In this document: piece after piece, positions 12,601 to 24,434 of the stretch | Layout: each line of letters begins with the position of its first letter | Numbering within the stretch: position 1 is the first letter of the stretch | Assembly (NCBI RefSeq): GCF_026571515.1 | Contig: NW_026857847.1 | Span: 1-64,000, forward strand | DNA from: Ruditapes philippinarum | Taxonomy: Eukaryota | Length of the DNA stretch: 64,000 nucleotides | Direction of reading: 5' to 3' | Notes under the pieces: generated by a model | Told to the model about the DNA's origin: nothing | What the model saw: only the letters and a program-made list of their open reading frames with translations | Database searches by the model: none | Translations under genes and position numbers: made by a program

Positions 12601-14741
12601 ATGGTATGGTATGGTATGGTTCGGTTCGATATAGTACAGTATAGTACAGTAAAGTACAATATGTTATCCATTGTAGTATGGATACGATACGGTACGGAAC
12701 GGTAAAGTACAGAATGGTATAGTATAATATGAAACGTTAAATATCACTTCATATTTATAAATACGAACTATTTTAATGACAACAATGTCTCGTTAAAGAA
12801 CTCTTAAATAAGCAATCCTAAAATCCTATTTATACAACTTTCCTCGTGAATACCTGCAGGAATTCCTCTTCCCATTGGTCGATGAAAGGGAGACGAATCT
12901 TGTAGCTGTATATTGAAATTATATAATTATAGATATTTTATTACGAAATTATTTGACGATAATCGCAAACAGTTCTATTCTCTTTTTTGTCATATTTATA
13001 TATTTACGCCACTTACTTGTCTGAATTCTTCGGGAGATGTTGGGCGAGAAAAATCATCCATTTCTTTCTGAAAAAGAAATAAAACACACTTTGCAAATTC
13101 AGTACCAAAAAGTTTTAATTGGCGACATTTTGATGATCTTCTCAAGGGTCAATTTTCATTAGACGTGATACAAATGTATTAACAGTACGATTGACCAATG
13201 ACAATATTGATGATTAATTTAAGAGCATTATTGAGAGTATGCGATTATTTGCCATATAACCTGTATAAACGGATTTGTGACTAAATGACCGAAATTGCAT
13301 AGCGGGAATTAAATGGCAAACAACTGTTTAATCTTGGTCATATAGCTCAAAAGTAATATAACGAGTTAATAACACTGCATTTCATTTTGAACGGATATCA
13401 CTTTATAAAGTCGCCTTATTTGTACACGCAGCATTATTATAATGAGGGTCGTTACAAACGTACTAGTTTGTAAGCAAGTACACCGGACGAGACTGACTTT
13501 TGATGTCGTAAAACAATAAATTTATCATTCTTAGCATCATTACCAAAATAACAAATGAGTTTTTTTATCATCAGAGTCTGAGTATGTTTATGAAAATCAT
13601 TATCATATACCGTAAATGGGGAATGTCCAAATCCGGACTTCTCGCCAATAGGCCGATCGGCTTGGATTATAACTTTGTCGACCTCACTTAGGAACGACCC
13701 TGCCAAATTTGTCACATTAGCAGCAATTTTGAAGCATCTCTCACGCCGTGACGCCTTTTCCTAAAAAGGCATTGTTTCAGTTAGACCAGAAACAAGGAGA
13801 ACAAAAGCGACACTACGAAAACTCATGCCAAATATTTCAGGTCAAGACTTTATCGTTTAAGAGATTGACGATGATTTTTTTTTTTTTTAATTATTTTTTA
13901 TCATATACCGTAACAGGAGAATGTCCAAATTCGGACTTCTCGCCAATAGGCCGATCGGCTTTGATTGCAACTTTGCTGACCTCACCGAGGAACGACCCTG
14001 CCAAATTTGTCACTCTAGCACCAATTTTGAAGCATCTCTCACGCCGTGACACTTTTTCCTAAAAAGGCATTGTTTCAGTTAGACCAGAAACAAGGAGAAT
14101 AAAAGCGACACTACGAAAACTCATGCCAAATATTTCAGGTCAAGACTTTATCGTTTAAGAGATTGATGATGATTTTTTTATTTTTATTATATTTTTTATC
14201 ATATACCGTAACAGGAGAATGTCCAAATCCGGACTTCTCGCAAACAGGCCGATCGGCTTGGATTGCAACTTTGCTGACCTCACCGAGGAACGACCCTGCC
14301 AAATTTGTCACTCTAGCACCAATTTTGAAGCATCTCTCACGTCGTGACGCCTCTTCCTAAAAAGTCATTGTTTCAGTAAGAGAACAACAACGACACTACG
14401 AAAATTCATGCCAAATATTCAGGTCAAGACTTTATCGTTTAAGAGATTGAAGATGATTTTTATGACATTTATTTTTACATTTAAGGTAAACCAGTGAACA
14501 CCGTGGAACAGGGTCAATTTTGACCCCAGGGATATAATTTGAACAAACTTGATATTGGTCAATTTTACAATGTGTCATGCCAAATATCTAAGCTGCAGCC
14601 TTTGTGGTTTTAAAAGGAGGCGTTTTAAACAATTCATTATATACATATAAGAAGAAACCAACGACCTCATGACATCAACAACAACAAAAACAAGAACACG
14701 ATATATGGTCTTACCTCTTTGTTGTTATTCAATCCGTACAT
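9639..14741 (-). CDS. Gene C: divergent single-CRD galectin, ~203 aa. CRD exons (confident): 11763-11675, 10473-10245, 9758-9639. N-terminal exons (tentative): 14741-14715, 13067-13017, 12905-12854, 12286-12243
   Basis: CRD: SQAPYIKNIHGLHEGKIILVCGIPNSNAKS|FSIYLQQGESRDPKFVAMVFDVRFKWGTPVSTNCVVRNHKEGAWDSRQEERSAPCFPFQREKEFQIIILVDRDCFK|VAVDDQHFVEFNHRIKTFSCIDTLRIDGDVMISTVQIKE*. The upstream GT-AG exons join in frame as MYGLNNNKE|KEMDDFSRPTSPEEFRQ|LQDSSPFHRPMGRGIPAD|TLTTRSYIPVPTFP. The 12286 acceptor has a poor pyrimidine tract, so that exon is the least certain. Confidence 0.8.
11065..11345. repeat. Dispersed repeat; inverted partner at 15527-15812
   Basis: ttttctcgtttagggcacacgct...gaacacatctgcggatgtt...catgtttaaatgttgaattct.cttaagccggt is the reverse complement of the 15.5-15.8 kb segment. 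Confidence 0.8.
12545..12622. repeat. (TATGG)n microsatellite with degenerate pentamer tail to about 12725
   Basis: Directly visible. Confidence 0.9.
13600..14465. repeat. Tandem repeat, ~298-bp unit x ~3, in gene C intron 1
   Basis: tcatataccgtaa..gg.gaatgtccaaat.cggacttctcgc recurs at about 13603, 13901 and 14199, with high identity across the units. Confidence 0.9.
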
Positions 14742-16063
14742 TTTTAAGACAAAAGAATATCTTTTCTTGATCCGAAGAGTATCTTTTATGGTCTATGAGT
14801 TGTGACTATCACTGGGATTTTTTACCATAAATTTTCTTTTTAAGCAATTAGTTTTTCCCCATTTTATCATAGAATAAAAACCTACTTATTTTTGTTTCCT
14901 AATGGAAGAAAATTTTAAGACGAGAATCTGATTTCAAGATCTGGTATTTAAGTTTTCACTAATGGTGGAGAAGGAGTATTTAAGGCACGTGCATGATCAA
15001 TTATAAAGTAATTATCAACAAAGTATTTCGCTACTTGTCTTGGAAAATTGTTCATTAAGTTTCTGAATTCATTTTCGATTTTCATTGAATTATTAGGCTC
15101 AATGTTTCAATGTTTTAATCACGTAAACAGTCATTTCGTTTATGGTCATAGGATGGGCAAACTAAAGGGAAATGTTTTTCTTCCTCAATTTCATGTAGAT
15201 CACAAAAGTTAAGCACCCGAGGAAAAAAATCCACAACTGAAGTACGCAATTTTCTTGAGAAGTTCACTTCTGTGGGGGAGGGGGGAGATTTATCTTTTAA
15301 AAGAGATATACGTTCGAAATTAAGAAGCATTTCTCACACTGTTCAACAACGAATTTCCTACTGATATGTAATTGATATTTTTGAAAGAATTGTGTAATAT
15401 CATAGATTAATAATAAAAAGTTTCTGCCTGTCATGTGGTCATGTGTAATTGCTTGTTTGCAATATAACTCTCTGCTAGCAATTGGTGTTATATAAAATAG
15501 ATAAATACAGAATCCCTAAAGAAAGGCCAACACGGCAAAATTGAAAATGTTGCAGGCTCGGTTTGATTGAGCCTGTTCATGGACGGTACTGGAAAGTGCA
15601 AGTTACGCCCCCTAGCACCGGCTTAAGCAGAATTCAACATTTAAACATGAAATAGCGAAATTTTGAATTTAGAAACATCCGCAGATGTGTTCATACGGTG
15701 GTTATCATGGAACCTTCAACGTGACACTCCCATGCCATTCCATGAAAAGCGGCGTATGGTCCCCAAGTAATAAAAAGCGTGTGCCCTAAACGAGAAAACA
15801 ATGGGCAGAACTAAATAAAATGGAATTTTGAAAGGGGATCAGATGTTATGAAGCTTGCGTATCACAGATAAGACGTCAAAAGACAAATTTAAAAAGCAGG
15901 CAACATATTCTAAGGGTAATTCAACATTATTCAAGTAGGAATTTTGGAACCACCCAACTAGCTGCGTGTACAATTGACCTTACTGGGCCATGTACAGTAT
16001 ATAACCTGTTTAAAGATTTTTGAAAAAAAAAACAACAATTATACTGAAACGCAGCTACAAATT

Positions 16064-16065
16064 TT

Positions 16066-16122
<57 letters not shown>

Positions 16123-16137
16123 TTTCTTTCTTTCTTT
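16064..16137. repeat. (TTTC)n microsatellite
   Basis: Directly visible. Confidence 0.95.
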
Positions 16138-16544
16138 TCCTGCATTAAAGTGAGTGTTATATAAATAGCCGAAATGGTAATAATGAGGAACCAAATTTGA
16201 TTGAATATAGCGAGGTACCACGTGCAAACTAAAAGCAATACTTAAAGTAATATAAATCTCTATTAAAGTCAACTTATGATAATTAATATTTTTACTGGAA
16301 GTAGAAAATAAAAAGTGATTAAAACAAACTGTACATTTAATTTACATTTTTTTTATTTTCATTGTCAACATAGCCAATATATGTAATTCAGTTATATTTT
16401 CATATACTTCAGATACCCAAAAAACAGAACGTTTATTATATTTAACTAAATTTAAAATTTCATCATGCCATTAAATTTGAAATCAAACCAATAAAAAATT
16501 ATTGCTTAATGGCAGTGTTCAGAAAAGTATTAGAATAATTGTAG

Positions 16545-17390
16545 TTTTTACAATAAGTGTGATTAAATTGTAGTCTTAAGAATGGTTGTGATCAAAATGG
16601 TAGTCTTCAGAATTGCTGTAATCAAAATGGTAGTCTTAAAAATAGTTGTTATCAAAACGGTAATCTTAAGAATTGTTGTAATCAAAATGGAAATCTTAAA
16701 AATGGACTATAGTTGTGATCAAAATAGTAGTCTAAAGAATATTGAATCAAAATAATAGTCTTAAGAATTGTTGTGGTCAAATGGTTGTCTTAAAAATAGT
16801 TGTGATCAAAATGGTAGTCTTGAGGATAGTTGTGATCAAAATGATAGTCTTAAAAATAGTTGTAATCAAAACGGCAGTTTTAAAAATAGTTTTAATCAAA
16901 ACGGTAGTCTTAAGAATTGTTGTGATCAAAATGGTAGTCGTGAGAATAGTTGTGATCAAAATAGAAGTCTTAAGAACTGTTGTGATCAAAATGGTAGTCT
17001 TAAAAATAGTTGTGATCAAAATGGTAGTCTTGAGGATAGTTGTGATGAAAATGATAGTCTTAAGAATAATTGTGATCAAAATGGAAGTCTTAAGAATTGT
17101 TGTGATCAAAATGGTAGTCTTAAAAATAGTTGTGATAAAAATGGTAGTCATGAGGATAGTTGTGATGAAAATGATAGTCTTAAGAATAATTGTGATCAAA
17201 ATGGAAGTCTTAAGAATTGTTGTGATCAAAATGGTAGTTTTACAAATAGTTGTGATCAAAATGGTAGTTTTACAAATAGTTGCGATCAAAATGGCTGTTT
17301 TACAAATAGTTGCGATCAAAATGGAAGGACTTTAGAAGTGTTGGTATTCTTGTAGAATTGTTGTGATCGTAAAGGGAGTCTTAAAATAGT
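16545..17390. repeat. 30-bp minisatellite (tgtgatcaaaatggtagtcttaagaatagt)n, ~27 units
   Basis: Directly visible periodicity with degenerate edges. Confidence 0.95.
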
Positions 17391-17753
17391 TTTTTTTTTC
17401 AAAACTTATTGTTTGAAATAAAAAATGATCAAATCAAATATCTAAAATAAGAGTGTGCAAAAAGGTAGTCCAATTATATTGGTAGTGTTAGGAAAGTGAA
17501 CGTGTAAACAGTGATCAAGATGGTAGTGAATAGAATAGAAGTGGACAAATTTAAAATAGTAGAAGTAAGTTTGTGTGAGCCATTATATTATAATGGTTAC
17601 TTAAAAAAGAATTAAAATAAATGCAGTGATTGTAATGATACTGAAAGTATAATGATTATAATTCTCGTTATCACTACCGTTTCGAAATTAATTAGTCACG
17701 ATTTTTTCTTCCAATCATTTCAACAAGCAAAAATAAATAATAATTTAATAACA

Positions 17754-17759
17754 TTTATT
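17754..17759 (-). promoter_or_regulatory. Candidate polyadenylation signal of gene B (AATAAA)
   Basis: tttatt on the plus strand, 30 nt downstream of the stop codon; such hexamers are common in AT-rich DNA. Confidence 0.35.
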
Positions 17760-17788
17760 AAGATGCAAGAGGCGTTTTTATCTCCATT

Positions 17789-20700
17789 TCAAGTCTGTAT
17801 CCTAACCTGGGTAAGTGTGACGTCACCATCAATGCGAAGGGTATCGACACGGTCGAGTTGCCGGATCCTGTGATTGAACTGCAGCATATGCTTGTCGTTC
17901 ACGGCCACCTATAAATAAAATGTACCAGAAAAGGTATATACTCACTAAATATCGGCCCCTTACTATTTCTCTCAGAATTTGCAAGTCTTTAAGAACAACG
18001 AAGGATCAAATGTGTTGAGTTTAGATATCTACAACTTTAAATTGTTATTATAATTAATGTATAATCACCAACATTCACATCAGCTTATTCCCAGTGTAAG
18101 ATACAGAGTAACGTCAGCAGAGAGGCCCTTTGCAGAACCATAACCTTTTAACAACAACCAATTTTCCCACATTGATATTTGACTCTGAATTTATCTTCTG
18201 TAGAGCAACATCTCTTAGATACAACCAAAACAGTAACCTCCCAAAGGATTTTGCTGTGCAGAGACTGTTCTGTACGAACTTATTCATGACGTAAAACTAG
18301 GTGTTTGACGGCAGACGTTATCCGATTAGGGGTGTCACGGTAAGTAAAAATGTTAAAATCAAACTACCAAAGGAACCTTCCTGAGAAGTTTGGATGAAAT
18401 TGGCTTAGCGGTTTATGAGGAGATGTCGTTTAAAGTAAAAGTTAACAGATGGACGCCGAACGAAAAGCGATCACAAAAGCTCTGTCACCATGTCACTTTG
18501 TGACAGGTGAGCTAAAAATACAAACACAATGAAATATCTTATCATAATTAAACAAAAGTAATAATTAAAACTTATCTAAAATGCTTCATCTGAACCTCGG
18601 TTTCCGGTTTTTTAAATTTTTTGACCGATTCATTACTCAAATCCGACAGAAGCCGTTTAAACGGATAAATGCGTGGCACTCCTATATCAGATTGTGCCGG
18701 CTATTGATATTCAATCAAATGTTGAATATTCCAAAACATTTCAATAAAACAACGTCTCCGATAAGTAAAGTTACATTGAAAACTTAAAATGTGCAATTCT
18801 TTAAGGACCACAAAGATCAAATGCGTTTAGTGAAAATATCTTCAACCTATTATTTAAAAAAGTATCAGTTTTAAATTAGATTCAAAAACATTCACATCAG
18901 CTTATTTCCAGTGTCAGATACGGAGTAACCTCTGCAGAGATGCCCTCTGTAGTACTATAGGCTCTTAACAACAAACATGATCAAATTTTCCTTTTGACAG
19001 CAGATGTAATTATATTGATATTCAATCAAATGTTCCTAAACATTTCAATAAAACAACATCTCCAATAAGCAGAGCAACATGTAAAACTTTTACCTTAAAA
19101 CAGCCTTGTTCAACCAAAATGATCATCTCGAAATGTTCACCAGTTTTAAACGGGAAATACCCAATCTGCCTCTCTTCCATACCCCACCCACCATCTTTAT
19201 GGTTTCGTACAATGCAATTCCTATCATAGCCGTAAGAAAATCGTACATCAAAACAAAATGTGATTAATGAAGGTTGAAACTTGTCGCCATTCTGCAGGTA
19301 AACTGTGAACCTAAACAGATATATATATATATATATATAATGTCTTAATGACATGAAACTGTTTGTGTCCTTGCACGTGCGTGTGCGCGCGAGAGATAAT
19401 ATGTATGTGTTTCTACGAAAGATTTACGTAACAACTCAAATGCTCACTTCCGGAAGTGGTAAAAACTATAATGCTGAGATACTTAACTAGTGTATTAGAA
19501 TATGTTGCTGGACTCTTTTTATGATATTTTACATTCTATGTATATTATTGTTTATGTGACTGATGCATCTAATAGGCCCAACATTTTCAAAAACTGTTCA
19601 ATAATAATTTTATGCTTATCTTATACTAAAGTTATCATGCATATTTTATATACGACTGAATATAATCTTTTCGATGTCAATTTCAATAGAAGTTACAAAA
19701 ATTATTAGTACAAACTCATACAAATTCGTTTCAGCTAGTTTCTTTGAATTATGTCGTTGAGGTCACAAGATTTGTCTAAGATATCTATTTTACGCTGACG
19801 TTGCGTTCTTAGAATGACGTCATTTTGCTGTTATAAATGAAGTTGTAAATTCATAATTATGCTACTGTAAGAAACACAGTGCGACATGAAAATATCAGTT
19901 TTCGTAATTTCTTTCCGAAATAAGATAATTACATGTCGTCACAAGCAAGAATATCAAGCTCTCGTGTTTACTGTATAGTGGAAATCCGGCAGAGCATCGT
20001 TACCGCCGTAAACAGTTACCCTCGAGCTAGATATTCATGTCTGTACCGACGCCCAATGTACCGGCCCCCGGTGTAAGATTAATATATTCTGTCGGAATGT
20101 ACCGATTATACCCGAGCTTCTGCGGTATTATCACTTTATGTAACACTGATAAAATGTATTTTGCATACCTTGTCGCCTTTGGTCGTGGTACTCCGCAGAT
20201 GAAGATTATATTATTTGGCTTGAGATGACCAGTTTTATGTATATATGGCATAACCTGTAAAGTGCAATATCATATCTATTTAAAATCGCAGACAAAATTG
20301 CAAAACCATCCGTAATACACCCACTACAAGCAATAAAATATGCAATAAAACTATTTCGACAAAAAAGAAAAACAGGCACATGCATCAACACTTTATTCAG
20401 ATAGTGATATTGTGAGGACAATAAAAAAGAAAAAACATACAATCAAAGTAAACAAAACTAAACAAAACGATGAGGTATAAAAACAGCAAAAAATAACAGT
20501 TCAGCAAACAAAAATGATAATATTAAAAAAAATAAAAATGATTTAAGTGATAAGAAAATAATGAGTAGCAACCAGATAATGCTAGGACCAAGGAAAGTCA
20601 GACTAATAGGCAGGTTGTTAGACGGGAAAGCAAGCACATATCACAAGGTAAAAATTATTTGTCCAGCAGTCAAGAACGAAACTTGTTCTGTAAATATTTT

Positions 20701-23700
20701 GTTTTAATTATTATTATAACTTATTACTTACATAGGCATGTGACCGACGTCCTCTTTTGTTACATGAACTTACACGATGATTGTTGCCTGCCGCCTGTTC
20801 ACCTGAGCATGCTTTTGGTTTCTAAGACAAAATGCCATACATATCCATAAAGTATATGTGTAAGTCAAAGATAAAGACTATAGGTTAAAAGTAATCAGAC
20901 TTGCAAGAAATAAAAACGTAAGATATATTATAATTGGAATTTATAACACATGCCAACTGTTTTAAACGGACCCATTTTGCAACTATTTTTTTTGAACTGT
21001 TAATTATCGCTTTTGGTAATATCATATAAATATGACAATTTGAAACGGGGTAGCCAACACTATAGAGTCTGACCAGGCTTCCACATGTACAAGCTGGTCT
21101 GGCTCTATACTAGTGGCCAAGGCTAATCACTTTCGGTTAGAACAGGGTACGAGGGTTGTTCAAATATGAATGCAACTAGGCCAATATCTCGCTTTTATCC
21201 ATGTTTTGCACGAACTATGTACATGTATCGCATAGATGGTTGTGTAAGTTCTCAATTGATACAAACTATGTGTTAATCAGTTCAGTCCATCTTTGACAAT
21301 AGCTTGATTAATGCTTTTTACTCGTGTATACTAAAACTAAAATGGTTGGCAAAAGGTCTCCTTACACTGACCAAATACGGTCCTGTATCAAGAACCGCTG
21401 TAATTTTGGTATACAGGCGGAGCAATGAAATTTCTCCTTCATCTGCCACACGGTGATGTAAGAATTTTAAAAGTGGTTTGGATTCAGTAAAAAATACACC
21501 AAATGCAAGCCGTCCGAAAACTGCAACTTCGCAAAGAAATGGTTGAAAAGGGAAAGGATTTATTACTATTGATACAAGTTTTACAACTAGGTATATAGCA
21601 AAATGCGTTGGTATCTCTGTAGGAGCCGCTCATACAATCCTCAGAAGTGATTTAAAAATGAGGAGGGTAAGTGCCAGATGAAAACCCCACCTCCCTACAA
21701 AAGAGCAAAAACTTGCTCGAGTAAGAATCTCCAAACAATTGTTGAAACAGTTCCTTAAATACAGCAATCAATCTTTCGAAAATATCATCACTGGCGATGA
21801 GCGTGAGTTCACTTAAATAAACCCAAGCGAAAGATATATAACAAAATATAGGCAACCAAAGGAAGTCAAAGACGTTCGCATGTATCGACGAGCAGTGAAC
21901 ATCAGAAACCCCATCGATTATGTGTATGTATAAAGATCTATTACGCTGCCCGATCGTTCAAACTTAACGGGGGTCTTCAAATATGAAGGCAACTGGGTCA
22001 ATTTTCAGAAGTGCTTAACAAACAACAAAATAGCCGAACCGAGATTTTTTCGCGTTTGATATTTTCTTCCAGCAAGGTGTTTTTTTGAGCGTCGGAAATA
22101 GGAAAAAGTCACAAGGGGCAAGATCTGGCGAATAAAGAGGGTGAGGAAGCTCGACAACCTTTTCCTGTTTAAAATATTCTCGTACAATAGCCGCTTTGTG
22201 TGAGGAAACATTGTCATGTAACAACCTGACACCACAGAGATCAGTTGCTGGTCGACGGCTTTTAAAATACTTCCTTTTATGAACGACATTGCCTTTGTAA
22301 AACTTGACATGTACAGATTTACCCTTTGATAAGGCAATTTGAATAGAAGGATCTTGATTGTTAAAGAAAATTACATACATAAACCTTTTGACACTCATGG
22401 TTCTTTTGCTACGCATCGTCTTATTATAAAAACATGCTTTATGTTCGTTAGGCATTTAATAATGTACTGAACTTATTTTAACAGTTCGAATAAAAATTGA
22501 AATAAAAGAGTTGAGAAAAAGCTGTTTAAGATAAAAATTATCGTAATGCACATTTTGAAATATTTTTAAAGAACCTAAATGATCACGCGATACAATGTAC
22601 TACATTTTAGCTGTAAACACGATAACTTTTTATTACACTTAAACATTTAAGCTGTTGTGTTTGTATTATCGTCAAACAGATCATTTTAAAGCATATTTTC
22701 CTTGATTATATCTCATGTTAAGTTATGGTGAAACAAAAGCAAAATAACAAGGAAAAAACTTCTTAGACCTATCTTCATAACAAATGAGACACCTGGCTAT
22801 GTTTAGTTTTTCTGATATACAGTAGCAAATTATTTTTGAATCATTTAAGCCAGTGCACACACTCGAAATAAGACAAGGTACGCCCCACTCAGGTTCTGCG
22901 TTGGGTTGCAATAATAGGTCACGGTCACATCATACATTTACACATTTAAAAAGGGTCTGAAATGTTCACTTAATTCATTATATTCATGCTCTCGATTGAC
23001 AATCATTGTAGAAATACGTACACGTGACTGTTGTGGCACATGAGGTGGTTGGCTACGACGTCCAAGTTCGTTCAACACCGCTCCAGCAAACTGGACGGCC
23101 GCACCAGATAGCATTTTCAATCCTGAATGATTATCTGCGTTCATATCCTAAACAAACAAGATTTGAACTTGATACATTTCCTTTCGTGAATCGTTTTATA
23201 ATTATCTAGAATGTTCCAAACAATACGATTATAGTATGTCATTGCGATAAAACAGTTATAGTATATGAAACTCGTTAGTTACGGGGATATAACACTGGCT
23301 GGGGCGACATCTCGGGATGTTTCTGCAAAAACGGCCTCGCCATATTTTAGCAGAAACACCCCTTGATGTCGCCCCAGCCAGTGTTATATCCCCGTAACTA
23401 ACTCTTTTCAAACTTAAAAACTCGATAACATTGTTTCGTTTATTTAAAGAAGGAAATAATATAATTATTATTTAGATTTAGTTTTTAATCTTCAAAACCT
23501 CTGTGCTCTACTTTCTATTTCACTATATTTTCATCGTTTTTTAGATGTATTTTGCTCAATTCACGTTAAAAACGAAAGTACATAAATTGGAATTGATTGA
23601 CTGTGTAAAGACAAGAAAATAAGCCGAAAAGCAAGTAAAATGAGTGAATGACGTATTTGGTATCTTGTCACAGTTTCCAAAAACAAAATATGAACAAGTA

Positions 23701-24215
23701 CTCATTTGTTACACAGTTTCAAAAAAGAAAACAAGAAAACAAGTACTCATTTGATATAACCATCAAATATTTTTTGCTTAATTTGCTTGGTTGGAAAATG
23801 GTTTATTTCGTGAACAAGTATTTAATAATTATGGAAGTCAAAATGCATGTACTATTACTAGTACTTTCTCAAACTTTTAATATCTTTACGACACTTCACT
23901 TCATGTCCTGCGCTACTTTTGTCAGTTGTTGAATATCTAACAACATGCTCTTAATTCATTATAAAAACATTATCAAACACACCTTGGACAATGAGGAAGA
24001 ATTTTTAAAAACATCTGGATTTTTAAGGCATAAAGTTTTGCAGTTTAAACTCGCACTAGGCCTTATACACTTCTTAATTTAGCCGACATATGCATTAATG
24101 CATGTCTACCAACTTGATAGCAGAAGAGTACTTTAGTCATTAAAACAACATCGCCAACATATTAAAATTGAATTAAGTAGAAACTTACATTTCTCCGTTG
24201 GTCTCCACTGAACAT
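17789..24215 (-). CDS. Gene B: single-CRD galectin with ~67-aa N-terminal tail, ~207 aa. Exons: 24215-24189, 23147-23022, 20821-20774, 20254-20169, 19310-19094, 17908-17789
   Basis: GT-AG introns in frame: MFSGDQRRN|DMNADNHSGLKMLSGAAVQFAGAVLNELGRRSQPPHVPQQSR|KPKACSGEQAAGNNHR|VMPYIHKTGHLKPNNIIFICGVPRPKATR|FTVYLQNGDKFQPSLITFCFDVRFSYGYDRNCIVRNHKDGGWGMEERQIGYFPFKTGEHFEMIILVEQGCFK|VAVNDKHMLQFNHRIRQLDRVDTLRIDGDVTLTQVRIQT*. CRD exon lengths (86, 217, 120 nt) are identical to gene A CRD2 using exon B. Confidence 0.88.
18360..18518 (+). mobile_element. 3' fragment of the 42241/53809 element family in the last intron of gene B
   Basis: accaaaggaac...gtttggatgaaattggc...atcacaaaagctc...gacaggtgagctaaaaa matches 43160-43325. 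Confidence 0.75.
21148..22425. mobile_element. Mariner relic in gene B intron 2, 3' half inverted
   Basis: TIR taCGAGGGTTGTTCAAATATGAATGCAACT at 21148; HTH/IITGDE-region remnants on +; minus-strand ORF 22015-22455 with LHDN...HPLYSPDLAPCDFFLF. Confidence 0.85.
23255..23410. mobile_element. Palindromic element in gene B intron 1 (part of a copy-specific insertion; related piece at about 48320-48460)
   Basis: ttagttacggggatataacactggctggggcgacatc ... gatgtcgccccagccagtgttatatccccgtaactaa is a perfect inverted repeat. Confidence 0.8.
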
Positions 24216-24434
24216 CTTTTATGCCGACAAATTACGATAAAATTGAAAAATGAAAAAAGGGCGAATGATCTTTGAAATATGTTGATTAGATAACACTATT
24301 TACTACATGAATTAAAAATAATGAACTTTACTAACTTCAAAATATTTCAAGGAAATAAAAGTCTGTATTATTTGATATTTTCTTCCGCGATAAAAATAAA
24401 ATTCAAATTATTTTGTCCTGGTTTTATCACTTAA

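Noticed and set aside
13452-14360. Repeated ORFs (GECPNSDFSPIGRSA...)
   Set aside because: Products of the ~298-bp intronic tandem repeat, with no recognisable domain.
15927-16272. ORFs with KKER repeats
   Set aside because: Translation of a (TTTC)n microsatellite.
16742-17355. Three long ORFs as real proteins
   Set aside because: Explained by a 30-bp minisatellite; no unique flanking coding sequence or convincing start.
17652-17873. Plus-strand ORFs overlapping galectin exons (also 9465-9770, 40143-40490, 44497-44718, 50003-50224)
   Set aside because: Antisense shadows of the minus-strand coding exons.
22723-22911. ORF similar to 1810-1995, as an extra exon or small gene
   Set aside because: The similarity is explained by the recent segmental duplication; no convincing in-phase splice sites or ATG.
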